Below, piece by piece: positions 11,875 to 21,431 of a stretch of 64,000 nucleotides of DNA; position 1 is the first letter of the stretch, and the number at the start of each line of letters is the position of its first letter. Below the pieces are notes generated by a model. The model was given only the letters and a program-made list of their open reading frames with translations, did no database searches and was not told the DNA's origin. Location: assembly GCA_965248925.1 (NCBI GenBank), contig CBDFLE010000005.1, positions 1,696,001 through 1,760,000 on the forward strand, written 5' to 3'. Source of the stretch: Candidatus Multivoradales bacterium (GTDB taxonomy: Bacteria; Acidobacteriota; Thermoanaerobaculia; Multivoradales; J023). The translations under genes were made by a program, and so were the position numbers.

Positions 11875-13131
11875 CTAGAAAGTGTAGCTGGTCCACAGCC
11901 ACAGTTTGTCAGTGTCGGCTGAGAAATCATCAGCCTGATAGAACGCCGCTTTGGCGCCAAAGCTCTGCCCCCAGGAAGCGCCGAAGGTGAGTCGCAAGTC
12001 GAGTTCGGAGCCGTAGTCGAGACTACGGCTCTCGGCGGAGAAGTCATGGTAAATCGCTTTCCAGGCAATCTTCCGAATATCTCCCGAGATTGCCAGATAG
12101 AAATCTTCCAAACCCGCCGGCGGCGTGGCGAGGAACTTGTCCGCCCAACCGTTCCACTTGTGCAGCGTAGCAAGCGGCGTCGTAAAGCGCCCGCCAGCAC
12201 CGCCCTCCAGGCTCTCGAAACCGGCTTGCAACGTCCAGCCAGCGAGCCGGCCGCCAAGCACCGTGTGTTGGTAGCTGGCGTCGATCTCCCCAGGATGATC
12301 TCCGGTTTCCCGCTGCTCGGCGATCTCGACCTCGAAGAAACACTCGACCTCGCCAAACTTTCGCTGGCCGGTGAGTTCGAACCCATGGGTCGCGGTCGAC
12401 AGAGCTGCATCTGCCAAGCGGTCAAAATCTAGCGAGTAGACATAGACCCGCAGCTTGAACTGCGGCAGCTTGAAAGCGCCGTCGAGCAGATGGCTCGACA
12501 TCGGCTTGTGATCACCCAAAATGCGATGTACTTCGTCGAGATAGCGGTAGGTGAAGCTCACCCGATCATTGAAGGCGTGGGTCAACCCAAAGTGATCGAA
12601 GCTCTGATGGTTCTGCCGCCAACCCACCGGCCCAATGAAGCGCTGATCGGCTACCGCGATCTCCTGTCTCCCCACATCTACACGGGTAGATCCGCGGGCG
12701 AATCGCAAGTAGGCCTGGTTGATCTCCGTCGAGCGCGGATCGGCCACCACTGGGCGATCCGCGGCATTGTTAGCCGGGTTGCCTCCAAGGTCATTGAACA
12801 AACCACGGGAGCCCACCTCGGTCGAGTTCTCGGCCTCCAAGACCAAGCTGAAGCCACGGAACGGCTGGCTGTGATAGCCCAGCGTGGAGCGCAAGGTGGA
12901 AGACCGCCCATCTTTATCAAAGCGATCGTCCTCGACATTCTCAAACCGATAGCGCAGTTTGATCTTCACCTCACCGCTCTTCAAAGCCGCCGCCAGAGTG
13001 GCCGGCGGCTTGTCCTCCGCCACCGCCACGCTGGCTAGAAGGCCCAACCTGAATCCACTCAGCAACATCACGCTCAGCCACAGAGCTTTCGTTGTTAGCT
13101 CATAGGACGTGGGTCGGCGAATCAGTCTCAC
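11875..13131 (-). CDS. Outer-membrane beta-barrel, alginate-export family porin
   Basis: Signal peptide, LRYRFENV, GRQEI, GWRQNHQSFD, ATLHKWNGWADKF, C-terminal YTF. Start placed at GTG 13131 to avoid overlap with the upstream gene. Confidence 0.8.
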   Translation of the reverse strand: MRLIRRPTSYELTTKALWLSVMLLSGFRLGLLASVAVAEDKPPATLAAALKSGEVKIKLRYRFENVEDDRFDKDGRSSTLRSTLGYHSQPFRGFSLVLEAENSTEVGSRGLFNDLGGNPANNAADRPVVADPRSTEINQAYLRFARGSTRVDVGRQEIAVADQRFIGPVGWRQNHQSFDHFGLTHAFNDRVSFTYRYLDEVHRILGDHKPMSSHLLDGAFKLPQFKLRVYVYSLDFDRLADAALSTATHGFELTGQRKFGEVECFFEVEIAEQRETGDHPGEIDASYQHTVLGGRLAGWTLQAGFESLEGGAGGRFTTPLATLHKWNGWADKFLATPPAGLEDFYLAISGDIRKIAWKAIYHDFSAESRSLDYGSELDLRLTFGASWGQSFGAKAAFYQADDFSADTDKLWLWTSYTF

Positions 13132-13141
13132 GCTACTACTC

Positions 13142-14794
13142 TCACGGCCCTTCAGCCGTACCACCCTGGCCATAACGCTCCTCCATTTTCTTGCGGATAG
13201 CGCGCATTTGTAATTCGGCGCCTTCCTCGTACCACGCATGCTCGGGACGGGCAAGGATCCCGTCGATCACCGCGTCCACCGCCCGCGCCGCCGCCCCATC
13301 GCCACCAGTGCGACCGTGGCGGGTGATCTCGCGAGCTTCCGGAATCAACTCCATATAGAACCGCTCAGCGACCTCGAACATGCCGTGCCAGTGGGTGTAG
13401 TCGGGCGCCATCATCGAGGCGCCGTGGCGCGCCCGGCGACCTTCGTGGTGCCAGAGGTAGAACCAAGTCCACTCGATCGGCTCGTCGAATTGGGTCGAAG
13501 TGATCAAACCCTGCTGCCGCAATGCCACCATGATCGCCTGCCCCGGCTTAGCGAATTTCTCGTTGTAAAGAATCAGCAGGTCGTCGTACTGCTCGTAGAA
13601 AGCATTGGCAAAACTCGGCGTGTGGCAGTGTGAACACACCGCCTTCATTCGATTGCGCTTAGCCTCGGCGGTGTCGACAATCGCGTTGGCGCGCTCCTCC
13701 GGGTCGAGGGTCTTGACAATGTTGCCCTCGGCGTCAGTATCCATCACCAAGCTCACCGGTGGCCGGTTGGTCCAGGAGATGCGCTGCCCCGGATCGTGGG
13801 TGATCTTGCCGCCATTGCGGCTGTGGCCCGACAGGTGGCAAGTCGCGCAGGTCGGCGCCGCCGAATAGTCCTCGCCCAGCACCCAACTGTCGCCATCCAG
13901 GTTGAGTTCATCCTTGAGATCGCGATAGGCGACGCCGTGCTTGCTCTCCTCGTAGATCTCCTTCTGAGGATGATCCGGTCCGAGGTGGCACTTGCCGCAG
14001 TTCTCGGGCTGGCGCGCGCGCCGCGGGGAGAAGTCGTGACGGCTGTGGCAGGCCGAGCAAGAGCCCCGTGAGCCGTCCATGTTGAGCCGGCCGATACCGG
14101 TGTTGGGCCAGGTGCTGGAGGCGAATAGGGGTCGGCCGTCAGCATCGCGAAGAATCTGCGCCACGGCTTCCGTGGCGGTGGGCAGCCCATTCTCGTCAGG
14201 CAGAAAATCGGTCACGTCCAGGCGACCGCCATCGACCGACTGGAAGGCCACTTTCGAGCCATGGCACTGCTGGCAGCCGGAAGCCGCGCTGGCCAGCCCG
14301 TCTACCACCTGCACCGCCTTTCCAGGGGTCGGTGAATGGGGACTGAATGGCACTCGCGACCCCTCGACAGTCTCGGCCAGGAAATTGTCCAGCGAGTTGA
14401 GAATATCCCCCGCCTTGGCGTGGTGGCTGCCTTGAAACTCGGCCGCTACTTCACCATGACAGCGACCGCAATCGCGGGGAGTGACGATAGCGGCGATATG
14501 GTTGCCATAGTGGTCAAAACCATCGACATCGCCGGCCTGGGCTTCGTGGCATTCGAAGCACGCAACCCCGGAGATCGCATGCTGGCTACCCTGCCAATGT
14601 TCGAGAATGCCGGGCGTGGTCTCACCATGACAATCTACACAGGCCCGCGAACTGGCCGGCACCGCCACATGATGCTCGACCACTCCCAATTCCACTCGAC
14701 GGCGAGAGATTTCCATCCACTGCACCAACACCAACGACAGCAGGAAAAGCAGCGCCAAGGCGGCGATGATGAAGCGTTTCTGATTCAGAGTCAT
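13142..14794 (-). CDS. Membrane-anchored octaheme cytochrome c, hydroxylamine oxidoreductase (HAO) family, reductive epsilon-Hao-like type
   Basis: Eight CxxCH (CVDCH, CFECH, CGRCH, CQQCH, CSACH, CGKCH, CATCH, CSHCH); CHLGPDHPQKEIYEESKHG; HHEGRRARHGASMMAPDYTHWHG; N-terminal TM. Confidence 0.9.
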   Translation of the reverse strand: MTLNQKRFIIAALALLFLLSLVLVQWMEISRRRVELGVVEHHVAVPASSRACVDCHGETTPGILEHWQGSQHAISGVACFECHEAQAGDVDGFDHYGNHIAAIVTPRDCGRCHGEVAAEFQGSHHAKAGDILNSLDNFLAETVEGSRVPFSPHSPTPGKAVQVVDGLASAASGCQQCHGSKVAFQSVDGGRLDVTDFLPDENGLPTATEAVAQILRDADGRPLFASSTWPNTGIGRLNMDGSRGSCSACHSRHDFSPRRARQPENCGKCHLGPDHPQKEIYEESKHGVAYRDLKDELNLDGDSWVLGEDYSAAPTCATCHLSGHSRNGGKITHDPGQRISWTNRPPVSLVMDTDAEGNIVKTLDPEERANAIVDTAEAKRNRMKAVCSHCHTPSFANAFYEQYDDLLILYNEKFAKPGQAIMVALRQQGLITSTQFDEPIEWTWFYLWHHEGRRARHGASMMAPDYTHWHGMFEVAERFYMELIPEAREITRHGRTGGDGAAARAVDAVIDGILARPEHAWYEEGAELQMRAIRKKMEERYGQGGTAEGP

Positions 14795-14818
14795 CGGTCA
14801 GATCTCCAGAAATACGAA

Positions 14819-15868
14819 CTAGTGGGCAACCAAGCCTTCCCACACCGTCAATGCAAGGATGGTCAAAACAGCCACGATTCCGATCCAGACGCTGGCTTCG
14901 GCATATTTAGTACGGCGGCGGATAAAGGCATCAATAAACGGCCAAACAAACATGATGAAGACCACCAAGCCTGTCGACAGAAGGGCAAAAGTGCCCGAGA
15001 ACAATTTCAGCCAGCGAAAAGCGACATAGAAGAACCACTCGGGCTTAATCACCTCGGGAGTGATCAGCGGATTGGCTTTGGGACCCAGAGTGGCGGGCAA
15101 GACGGTAGCCAAGACCGACAGCACAATCATCAGTCCCAAGCCGAGAATCAGCTCGGTGTAGAGATGGTCGGGAAAGAAATTGAATGATTTCTTTTCGCCT
15201 TCATCTCCCTCAAAGTGCAGTTCGGTGATGCCTTGCAGGCGAATCAAGGCGATGTGGATGCCGATCAATAAAATCAGCAGCATCGGCAGCACCGCCGCGT
15301 GGAGGATGAAAAAACGTGGCAAAGTGCGGACGTTGTATTCCTCACCGCCGAGCAACAGCTGCTTGATAAAGCCTCCCACCCAGGGCACGCTGGCGGCCAT
15401 GTTGGCGGCCACCGTCGCCCCCCAATAGCTGAGTTGCTCGTAGACCAAGCTGTAACCGGTGAAGCCCAGCATCAACACGGCGATCAGCATCGACATGCCG
15501 ACCATCCAGTTGAGCTCTCGCGGCTGGCGGTAAGCGCCGGTGAAATAAACCCGCATCTGGTGCAGGATGACGGCGGCGATCATCAAGGTAGCCGCCCATT
15601 TGTGCAACCCGCGCAAGTACCAGCCAAAGGCCGCATCCTCGGTGATGTAACGCACCGCCTCGTAGGCCGTGCCCGGTGCCGGTTGGTAGTAGACCGCCAG
15701 CGAGATGCCGGTGACGATCAACACCACGAAGAGGTATGCCGGGGTGCCCCCGAGGGCAAACCACCAGCGCTTGAGATGATTGGGTACGGGCTCGTTGGTG
15801 AGCTCCCGCAGCTGCTCGCCGGAAATCGGCACGCGCTGGCGGAACCACTCACTGATCGCGCTGAGCAT
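14819..15868 (-). CDS. petB: Cytochrome b of a Rieske/cytb (bc-type) complex
   Basis: Heme His pairs LHKW...LHQMR and ILHAA...IHIA; GFTGYSL, SYWGATV and PEWF (PEWY-like Qo motif). ATG 15868 overlaps the Rieske stop. Confidence 0.92.
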   Translation of the reverse strand: MLSAISEWFRQRVPISGEQLRELTNEPVPNHLKRWWFALGGTPAYLFVVLIVTGISLAVYYQPAPGTAYEAVRYITEDAAFGWYLRGLHKWAATLMIAAVILHQMRVYFTGAYRQPRELNWMVGMSMLIAVLMLGFTGYSLVYEQLSYWGATVAANMAASVPWVGGFIKQLLLGGEEYNVRTLPRFFILHAAVLPMLLILLIGIHIALIRLQGITELHFEGDEGEKKSFNFFPDHLYTELILGLGLMIVLSVLATVLPATLGPKANPLITPEVIKPEWFFYVAFRWLKLFSGTFALLSTGLVVFIMFVWPFIDAFIRRRTKYAEASVWIGIVAVLTILALTVWEGLVAH

Positions 15869-16455
15869 CAGGACCGCCGCCCAGCCGCCGCTGAGCCACA
15901 AGGACCGCAACCCGCGGCCGCGGCCGGCACCGCCGCCAAGAGATCAGGAGGAGCCTGAATGAACAGCAGCCCCCGATCGACCCGCAGTGGAAACTGCAAC
16001 AACGCCTGCCCGGCATCGGCCGGCGGACCTGCGATCGCCTTGCCCTCGGCGGTGAAGACCCCGTTGTGACAAGGGCAGAAGAAGCGATCGTTCTGAGCCT
16101 GCCAATGCACTTGACAGCCAAGGTGGGGGCAGGTGCTCGACAAGGCGATGAAGTCTGCTGCGGCAGCCCTGGTCCCGCGGCGGGTGATGTGCACCGGGCT
16201 ACCGCTGGGTAAGTTGAAGGGCAGCGACTCCCCCGGTGCGATGCGCGCCGCCTCGCGGACGAACAACCAACTCTTGTCCGCCGGCTTCGCCGGGTACAAG
16301 AAACGGCCGATCACAGCCGCCAGCGTGCCATAGGCCATTAGCAAGCCACCCGCCATGGTCAGCGACGACAGCCAGGTCAAGAAAGTCCGTCGGTCTTGGC
16401 CGCCAGCCACCTGGGCTTCGGTCGCTCGAGTCTCGAGATCATGATCGTCGCTCAT
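15868..16455 (-). CDS. Rieske 2Fe-2S subunit (Tat-exported)
   Basis: DRRTFL Tat motif plus TM; CPHLGC and CPCHNG boxes; GPP. GGAG RBS before ATG 16455. Confidence 0.93.
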   Translation of the reverse strand: MSDDHDLETRATEAQVAGGQDRRTFLTWLSSLTMAGGLLMAYGTLAAVIGRFLYPAKPADKSWLFVREAARIAPGESLPFNLPSGSPVHITRRGTRAAAADFIALSSTCPHLGCQVHWQAQNDRFFCPCHNGVFTAEGKAIAGPPADAGQALLQFPLRVDRGLLFIQAPPDLLAAVPAAAAGCGPCGSAAAGRRS

Positions 16456-16557
16456 CCGCAACTCCTGCTGGGCACGGCTCACCGGGCAACCTCAAGGCAA
16501 CCATGAGCAGCACTAAAAGAATGCAGCGATCTTGCGGAACCCAGCCGCCCGCTACCA

Positions 16558-16627
16558 CGGTCTTGCGGGTAGTTGAGCGAACTTCAGCGGGTGGGCTCCG
16601 CCGCTTGCGCAGCCACCCCCGAAGGTA
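16558..16627. promoter_or_regulatory. Candidate response-regulator boxes (YACC-N6-GGYR) upstream of the Rieske operon
   Basis: CACC-CCCGAA-GGTA at 16614-16627; AACT-TCAGCG-GGTG at 16580-16593; half site ...GGTA at 16558-16571. Confidence 0.45.
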
Positions 16628-16641
16628 GGAGGCAGGGACTC

Positions 16642-17283
16642 TCAGCTGGCGACGATGCCGTGGCGCAAGGCATGGCTCACCACCTGAGCGCGGTTGTGCA
16701 GATGCAGCTTGTCGAGGATGTTGCGAACGTGGAATTTGACCGTGTTCTCGCTGATCCCCAGATGCTTGGCTAGCTCGCGATTGGTGGTGACCCCGGCCAC
16801 CATCGCCTCCAGCACTTCCAACTCACGGGCGGTCAGGGCGTCCGGGTCCTTGTCTGCCACCGCTTGCCTAGGGTTGGCGAATTCGCTCAACAGCTTGCGC
16901 GCCAGCAGTGGAGTCAGCGCCGGTTCGCCCCGTAACACTCCTTCGAGCAAGGGGAAAAAGCGGTCGGCTTCGAGGTCTTTGAGCAAATAGCCTTCGGCAC
17001 CAGACTTGATAGCCTCGAACAGATCCTCGTCTTCGTGGGAAGCGGTCAGCACCACCACCTTGACCTGCGGCAACTCGGCACTGATCAAGCGGGTGGCGGC
17101 CAGCCCGTTCATCTCCGGCATGGCGAGGTCCATCAGCACGATATCGGGCTTGAGGCGCTGCGCCAACTCGAACGCTTCGCGGCCGTTACTAGCCTCGCCA
17201 ACGACTTGCAACCCGCGGGCACTGAGCAGGCTCTTCAAACCATCGCGAAACAGCACATGGTCATCTGCGATCAGCAATCTCAT
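16642..17283 (-). CDS. NarL/FixJ-family response regulator
   Basis: MRLLIADDH, VLMDLAMP, GYLLK and LuxR HTH LTARELEVL...TVKFHVRNILDKL. Confidence 0.95.
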   Translation of the reverse strand: MRLLIADDHVLFRDGLKSLLSARGLQVVGEASNGREAFELAQRLKPDIVLMDLAMPEMNGLAATRLISAELPQVKVVVLTASHEDEDLFEAIKSGAEGYLLKDLEADRFFPLLEGVLRGEPALTPLLARKLLSEFANPRQAVADKDPDALTARELEVLEAMVAGVTTNRELAKHLGISENTVKFHVRNILDKLHLHNRAQVVSHALRHGIVAS

Positions 17284-17291
17284 CCGTTCAC

Positions 17292-18641
17292 CTACTTCGT
17301 AGAGCGTCCGCGCAACAGCGGGTAGAAAACCTCCACCCGGGTGCCTTCGCCAGGACGCGATTTGAGCTTCAGCTTGGCGCCGATCGCTTCGGCGCGCTCG
17401 CGCATGGTCGCCAGGCCAAAGCGCGGCATTTGGCTGCGGCCCAGGGCGGCGGGATCGAACCCTACCCCGCGATCCGCCACCACGATCAAGATACCGTCGC
17501 CACGATGCTCGACCACCACCTCGGCCTGCTGTGCGCCGGAGTGTTTGCGCACATTGGCCAGCGCCTCCTGCAGGATCCGCAACAGCTGCAACTCGATATC
17601 GGTGGTCAGCCCCGGCACTTCCTCGGCCCGCAGTTCGACGGTGATGCCCGACTGATCCTGCCATGCCTCGATGTGGTGGCGAACGGTGTCGCCGAAGCCA
17701 GTCTCACCGTCGGTAATGGTGCGCAGGCCGAGAATACCCTCTCGAACGTCGGCATAGACCTCGCGCGCGGCCTTGGCCAGATCCCCTAAGTGCTGGCGCG
17801 CCTCCTCGCTACGCCCCGAGCGCAACAGCTCTTCCACCGCTTGGGCCTTGGTGTTGACGTAGGCCAGCACCTGCGCCTGGCCATCGTGCATCTCATGGGC
17901 CAGCCGCAGCCGCTCCTGCGCCACCGCCAGCGTGCCTACCTGAGCGTGTAGATGAGCATTGTCGACCGCGATCCCGGCCTGGCTGGCGAAGCGCGCCAAG
18001 GTGTCCTCCTCCTCGGCCGAGAACGGCTCTCCGTCGAGCTTTTGCGATAGGTAGAGATTGCCGCGAAACGGTCCGCTGCAAACCACCGGCACCGCCAGCA
18101 ACGACTGCATGGCCGGATGATCGGCGGGAAAGCCGCAAGAGCGCGCGTCGGTACCGATTTCGTCAACCCGCAAACACTGCCCTTGGCGCAGGGATACTCC
18201 CAGTAATCCCCTGCCGACCGGCAGATCGCCAATACGCTGCCGCTCCTGCTCGCCAACTCCGGTGGTGACGAAGCTGCGAATCGCGCCTTCATCGTCGTAG
18301 ACCGCCAGGGCGCCATAGTGAGTGCTGATCAGGTTGCAAGCTAGGTCGACGATCTTCTGCAATACCAGATCGAGGGATAGCTCCGAAGATATTTCCAAAC
18401 TGGCACCCCGCAGCGCCACCAGCTCACGGTTCTGGCGTTGAAGCTGGTGCTGCATCTCGTCGATCAGAGCAAAAACAAAGCCATAAAAGAACACCGCGCC
18501 AAGCAATACAACCCCATCCATCAGCAGCCGTCCCTGCCACGATCCAAGCACCGACGCGAAGGCGTAGCGGGCATACTCCAGCACACCGACAAAGACGATC
18601 GGCGCAAGCATGGCGAGCCATTTGAGACGGCGAAAACTCAC
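17292..18641 (-). CDS. GAF-domain sensor histidine kinase (HisKA_3, DosS/NarX-like)
   Basis: Two TM; GAF with GFPADHPAMQSLL; ERLRLAHEMHDG; QEALANVRKH, DRGVGF, FGLATMRER. Confidence 0.93.
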   Translation of the reverse strand: MSFRRLKWLAMLAPIVFVGVLEYARYAFASVLGSWQGRLLMDGVVLLGAVFFYGFVFALIDEMQHQLQRQNRELVALRGASLEISSELSLDLVLQKIVDLACNLISTHYGALAVYDDEGAIRSFVTTGVGEQERQRIGDLPVGRGLLGVSLRQGQCLRVDEIGTDARSCGFPADHPAMQSLLAVPVVCSGPFRGNLYLSQKLDGEPFSAEEEDTLARFASQAGIAVDNAHLHAQVGTLAVAQERLRLAHEMHDGQAQVLAYVNTKAQAVEELLRSGRSEEARQHLGDLAKAAREVYADVREGILGLRTITDGETGFGDTVRHHIEAWQDQSGITVELRAEEVPGLTTDIELQLLRILQEALANVRKHSGAQQAEVVVEHRGDGILIVVADRGVGFDPAALGRSQMPRFGLATMRERAEAIGAKLKLKSRPGEGTRVEVFYPLLRGRSTK

Positions 18642-18727
18642 GACGGTCGAAGACCTCCGGCGGCGGGTCGATAGAAATAGCGTCTACTCGGAAAGCTATT
18701 CGATGCTAGCACGTCGAGTCTTTCTCC

Positions 18728-18766
18728 CACCCGCCGAGGTGGGCAGAAACCCTACCCTAGAGGCCG
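18728..18766. promoter_or_regulatory. Candidate response-regulator boxes in the divergent promoter
   Basis: CACC-CGCCGA-GGTG at 18728-18741 (within CCCACC..GGTGGG); TACC-CTAGAG-GCCG at 18753-18766. Confidence 0.5.
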
Positions 18767-18862
18767 TTTCCTCAAGCTTGCTAAGCGCGAGATCATCCGC
18801 TCAGGATGCTCGGATGCTCATATCGGCCGGCAAAATTTGTCTCTTATGAAGTTCAACCGCAA

Positions 18863-19060
18863 ATGAAGTTCAACAACACAGGATCCGGCGAGCGGCTGGC
18901 TCGCATTCTCATCGGCATCTTGCTGTTGGCGATCGGCTGGCGAGCCGAAGTGGGTTCGTGGTCATTGCCACTGCGGGTCTTCGCCCTCTACCCGCTGGTC
19001 ACCGGCCTGGCGGGTTGGTGTCCGATCTACTCCTTGTTGCGTATCGGCGCCCGGCGTTAG
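18863..19060 (+). CDS. DUF2892 (YgaP-like) small membrane protein
   Basis: NTGSGERLARILIG...LVTGLAGWCPIYSLL signature. Confidence 0.85.
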   Translation: MKFNNTGSGERLARILIGILLLAIGWRAEVGSWSLPLRVFALYPLVTGLAGWCPIYSLLRIGARR

Positions 19061-19194
19061 GCGCAAGGAGGCTCGCTGGCGGCTAGATCTTCCAGTGGCT
19101 GCCAGAATTCGACCCAGACAACCTAGCTCTCGAGTCACAGCCGCTTAGTTCTCACCGTAGTTAGCGCTGGCGCAAGTCCTCACGACCCACTTCC

Positions 19195-19287
19195 CGCCTG
19201 CCGGGGTGGGCAGCTTCTCTCTAGTTGTCCGCCGTCGGGATGGGCGAGCCCACCCGACAGAGCTTGCCCATACCACCCTGAAGGCTG
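19195..19287. promoter_or_regulatory. Candidate response-regulator boxes upstream of the CBS/SQR operon
   Basis: CGCC-TGCCGG-GGTG at 19195-19208; CACC-CGACAG-AGCT at 19251; CACC-CTGAAG-GCTG at 19274. Confidence 0.4.
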
Positions 19288-19354
19288 TTGTTGCTCGATC
19301 GGCTGGCGCCCATGATTACCGCCGGATGATCGAAATATCGCCAGGGGAGAACCG

Positions 19355-19771
19355 ATGCGACCTATCACTGTCGCCGAGTTGATGAGCCGCGAGCTGATCA
19401 CTGTCGGCGCCGACGATACGCTGGCCGTGCTGCGCGACAAGATGTACGCCAATCACATTCGCCACATTCCAGTGATCGATCAGCGAGGTGGTTTGGTGGG
19501 CCTGGTTTCGCACCGTGACCTGCTGCGCAACACGTTGATGGAAAGACGGCAAATTTCGCAGTATGTCGAGGATTCAATCCTAGAAGAATTGGTCGTCAGC
19601 GAAGTGATGACCACCGAACTAGAGATTGCTACCCCAAGAACTAATGTGCGCACTGCCGCTCGCATCATGCTGAACAAGAAACTCGGCTGCTTGCCGGTGG
19701 TCGAAGGCACTCATCTGGTCGGAATCCTCACCGAAGCCGACTTTCTCCGAGCCGCGCTCTACGAGGACTAG
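19355..19771 (+). CDS. CBS domain protein
   Basis: Tandem CBS: IRHIPVID...LVGLVSHRD and GCLPVV...LVGILTEAD. Confidence 0.92.
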   Translation: MRPITVAELMSRELITVGADDTLAVLRDKMYANHIRHIPVIDQRGGLVGLVSHRDLLRNTLMERRQISQYVEDSILEELVVSEVMTTELEIATPRTNVRTAARIMLNKKLGCLPVVEGTHLVGILTEADFLRAALYED

Positions 19772-19813
19772 CCGGGCCGGGCGCTGATCGAAGAGGCGGA
19801 GGATTACACAACA

Positions 19814-21064
19814 ATGAAAAACCTGGTGGTACTAGGATCCGGAACCGCCGGAACAATTGTTGCCAATCGGCTACAAGAGAGGCTCCCCAGCGACTGGTCA
19901 ATTCGGGTGGTCGACGCTGAGGCTCAACACCTTTATCAACCTGGGCTGTTGTTCCTACCCTTCGGTGCCCGCGACGAAGCCATGATGGTGCGTCCTCGGC
20001 GCCGCACTCTTGCCGGTGACGTCCAATGACTGCACGGCAAGGTCGAGGCGGTTGATCCCGACAGCCGGCAAGTAGTGCTGGCAGATGGCTCGAAACTAGC
20101 CTACGACCTGTTGGTGATCGCCAGCGGCGCGCAAACCCGACCGGGCGAGACCGAGGGCATGCTCGGAGCCCACTGGCGCCAGTCGGTGCACGATTTCTAC
20201 ACTCTCGACGGGCACAGCGCCTGCGCCAGGCGCTGCCGATTTTGACGGTGCAGGCTGCTGCTGAATATTGTCGAGATGCCGATCAAATGCCCGGTGGCGC
20301 CGCTTGAATTCCTCTTTCTGGCTGACGCCTATTTTACCCAACGCGGAATTCGTGACCGGGTGGAGTTGATCTACGCTACCCCCCTCAATGGCGCTTTCAC
20401 CAAACCGGTAGCCGCCCACCACCTGGGGGCGATGCTGGAACAGAAAGGGATCAAGGTCGAGAGTGAATACAACACCGGTGAGGTTGATGGAGACGCCCGG
20501 ATCCTGACGTCGTGGGATGAGCGCGAGCTTGCCTACGACCTGCTGGTCACCGTCCCCACCCACATGGGCGCGCCGTTTGTCGAGGCTTCTGGCCTCGGCA
20601 ATGAGCAGGCCTTTGTACCCACCGAACCGCACAGTCTGTTCGCCAAAGGGCACGACAACATTCTAGTGCTCGGCGACGCTACCGATCTGCAGAGTTCCAA
20701 GGCCGGCTCTGTGGCTCACTTTCAGAGTGAAGTGATCGTCGAGAATGTCCTGCGGACCCTCCGCGGCGACAGCCCGGTCGAGGAATTCGATGGCCACTCC
20801 ACCTGCTTTATTGAAAGCGGTTTCGGCAAAGCCCTGCCGATCGACTTCAACTACGAGACCGAACCCCTGCCAGGCAAGTTTCCGCTGCCCTGGCTGGGAC
20901 CAATGACCCTGCTCGAGGAAAGCCGCCGCAATCACTGGGGCAAGCTCGCCTTTCGTTGGGTCTACTGGAACATGCTGCTGCCCGGCCGGCCGCTGCCCAT
21001 TTCGGGCCGCATGTCGATGTTGGGAAAACGTAGCGATCCAACCACTGTTCAAGCGAATGCTTGA
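19814..21064 (+). CDS. sqr: Sulfide:quinone oxidoreductase-like FAD oxidoreductase (type III-like); interrupted in this sequence
   Basis: LGSGTAG, HLYQPG, YDLLVIASG, IKCPVAPLE, GDATD, SKAGSVAH, FDGHSTCFIE. In-frame TGA at 20027-20029, plus three apparent 1-nt G deletions at about 20210-20250 that restore the frame. Confidence 0.82.
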
Positions 21065-21082
21065 TTGACCAGAAGGTGTACC

Positions 21083-21418
21083 GTGTCCAGCCAACAAACC
21101 GTGACTGTCCAGCAATACGCTGGCGCAGATGTCGAGGTCGACGGCGAAGGATTCCTCACCGATAGCGGCGAATGGAAGCCGGAAATCGCGCGCGCCATCG
21201 CTGAGACCGTCGGCATCGAAACGTTGACCACCGAGCATTGGCAGGTCGTCGATTACTGCCGCAAAGATGCCGATGAGCAAGGCCAGCCGCCCGGCTTACG
21301 CCGCATCTCCAAGTTCTCAGGAGTCACCATGAAAACCCTCTACCAACTCTTCCCCAAGGGCCCCGGCAAGCTGGCGGCAAGGATTTCCGGTCTGGCCAAA
21401 CCCAAGGGTTGTATTTGA
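21083..21418 (+). CDS. tusE: TusE/DsrC/DsvC-family sulfur relay protein
   Basis: VDGEGFL, LTTEHWQVV, LYQLFPKGP and C-terminal GLAKPKGCI with the penultimate Cys. Confidence 0.9.
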   Translation: MSSQQTVTVQQYAGADVEVDGEGFLTDSGEWKPEIARAIAETVGIETLTTEHWQVVDYCRKDADEQGQPPGLRRISKFSGVTMKTLYQLFPKGPGKLAARISGLAKPKGCI

Positions 21419-21431
21419 AGGAACAAGAACC

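Noticed and set aside
13142-14794. Octaheme as evidence for ammonia oxidation or anammox
   Set aside because: It appears to lack the cross-link Tyr, and there are no amo, cycAB or hzs genes in the window.
18846-18874. Tandem ATGAAGTTCAAC duplication at the DUF2892 start
   Set aside because: A single 12-bp duplication with no evident function.
20027-20029. In-frame TGA in sqr as selenocysteine or recoding
   Set aside because: The position fits Trp rather than a catalytic Cys, no SECIS-like hairpin is evident, and TGA is used as a normal stop throughout the window.
21083-21418. DsrC as evidence of dissimilatory sulfite reduction
   Set aside because: Only the terminal Cys is present (TusE-type), and there is no dsrAB here.
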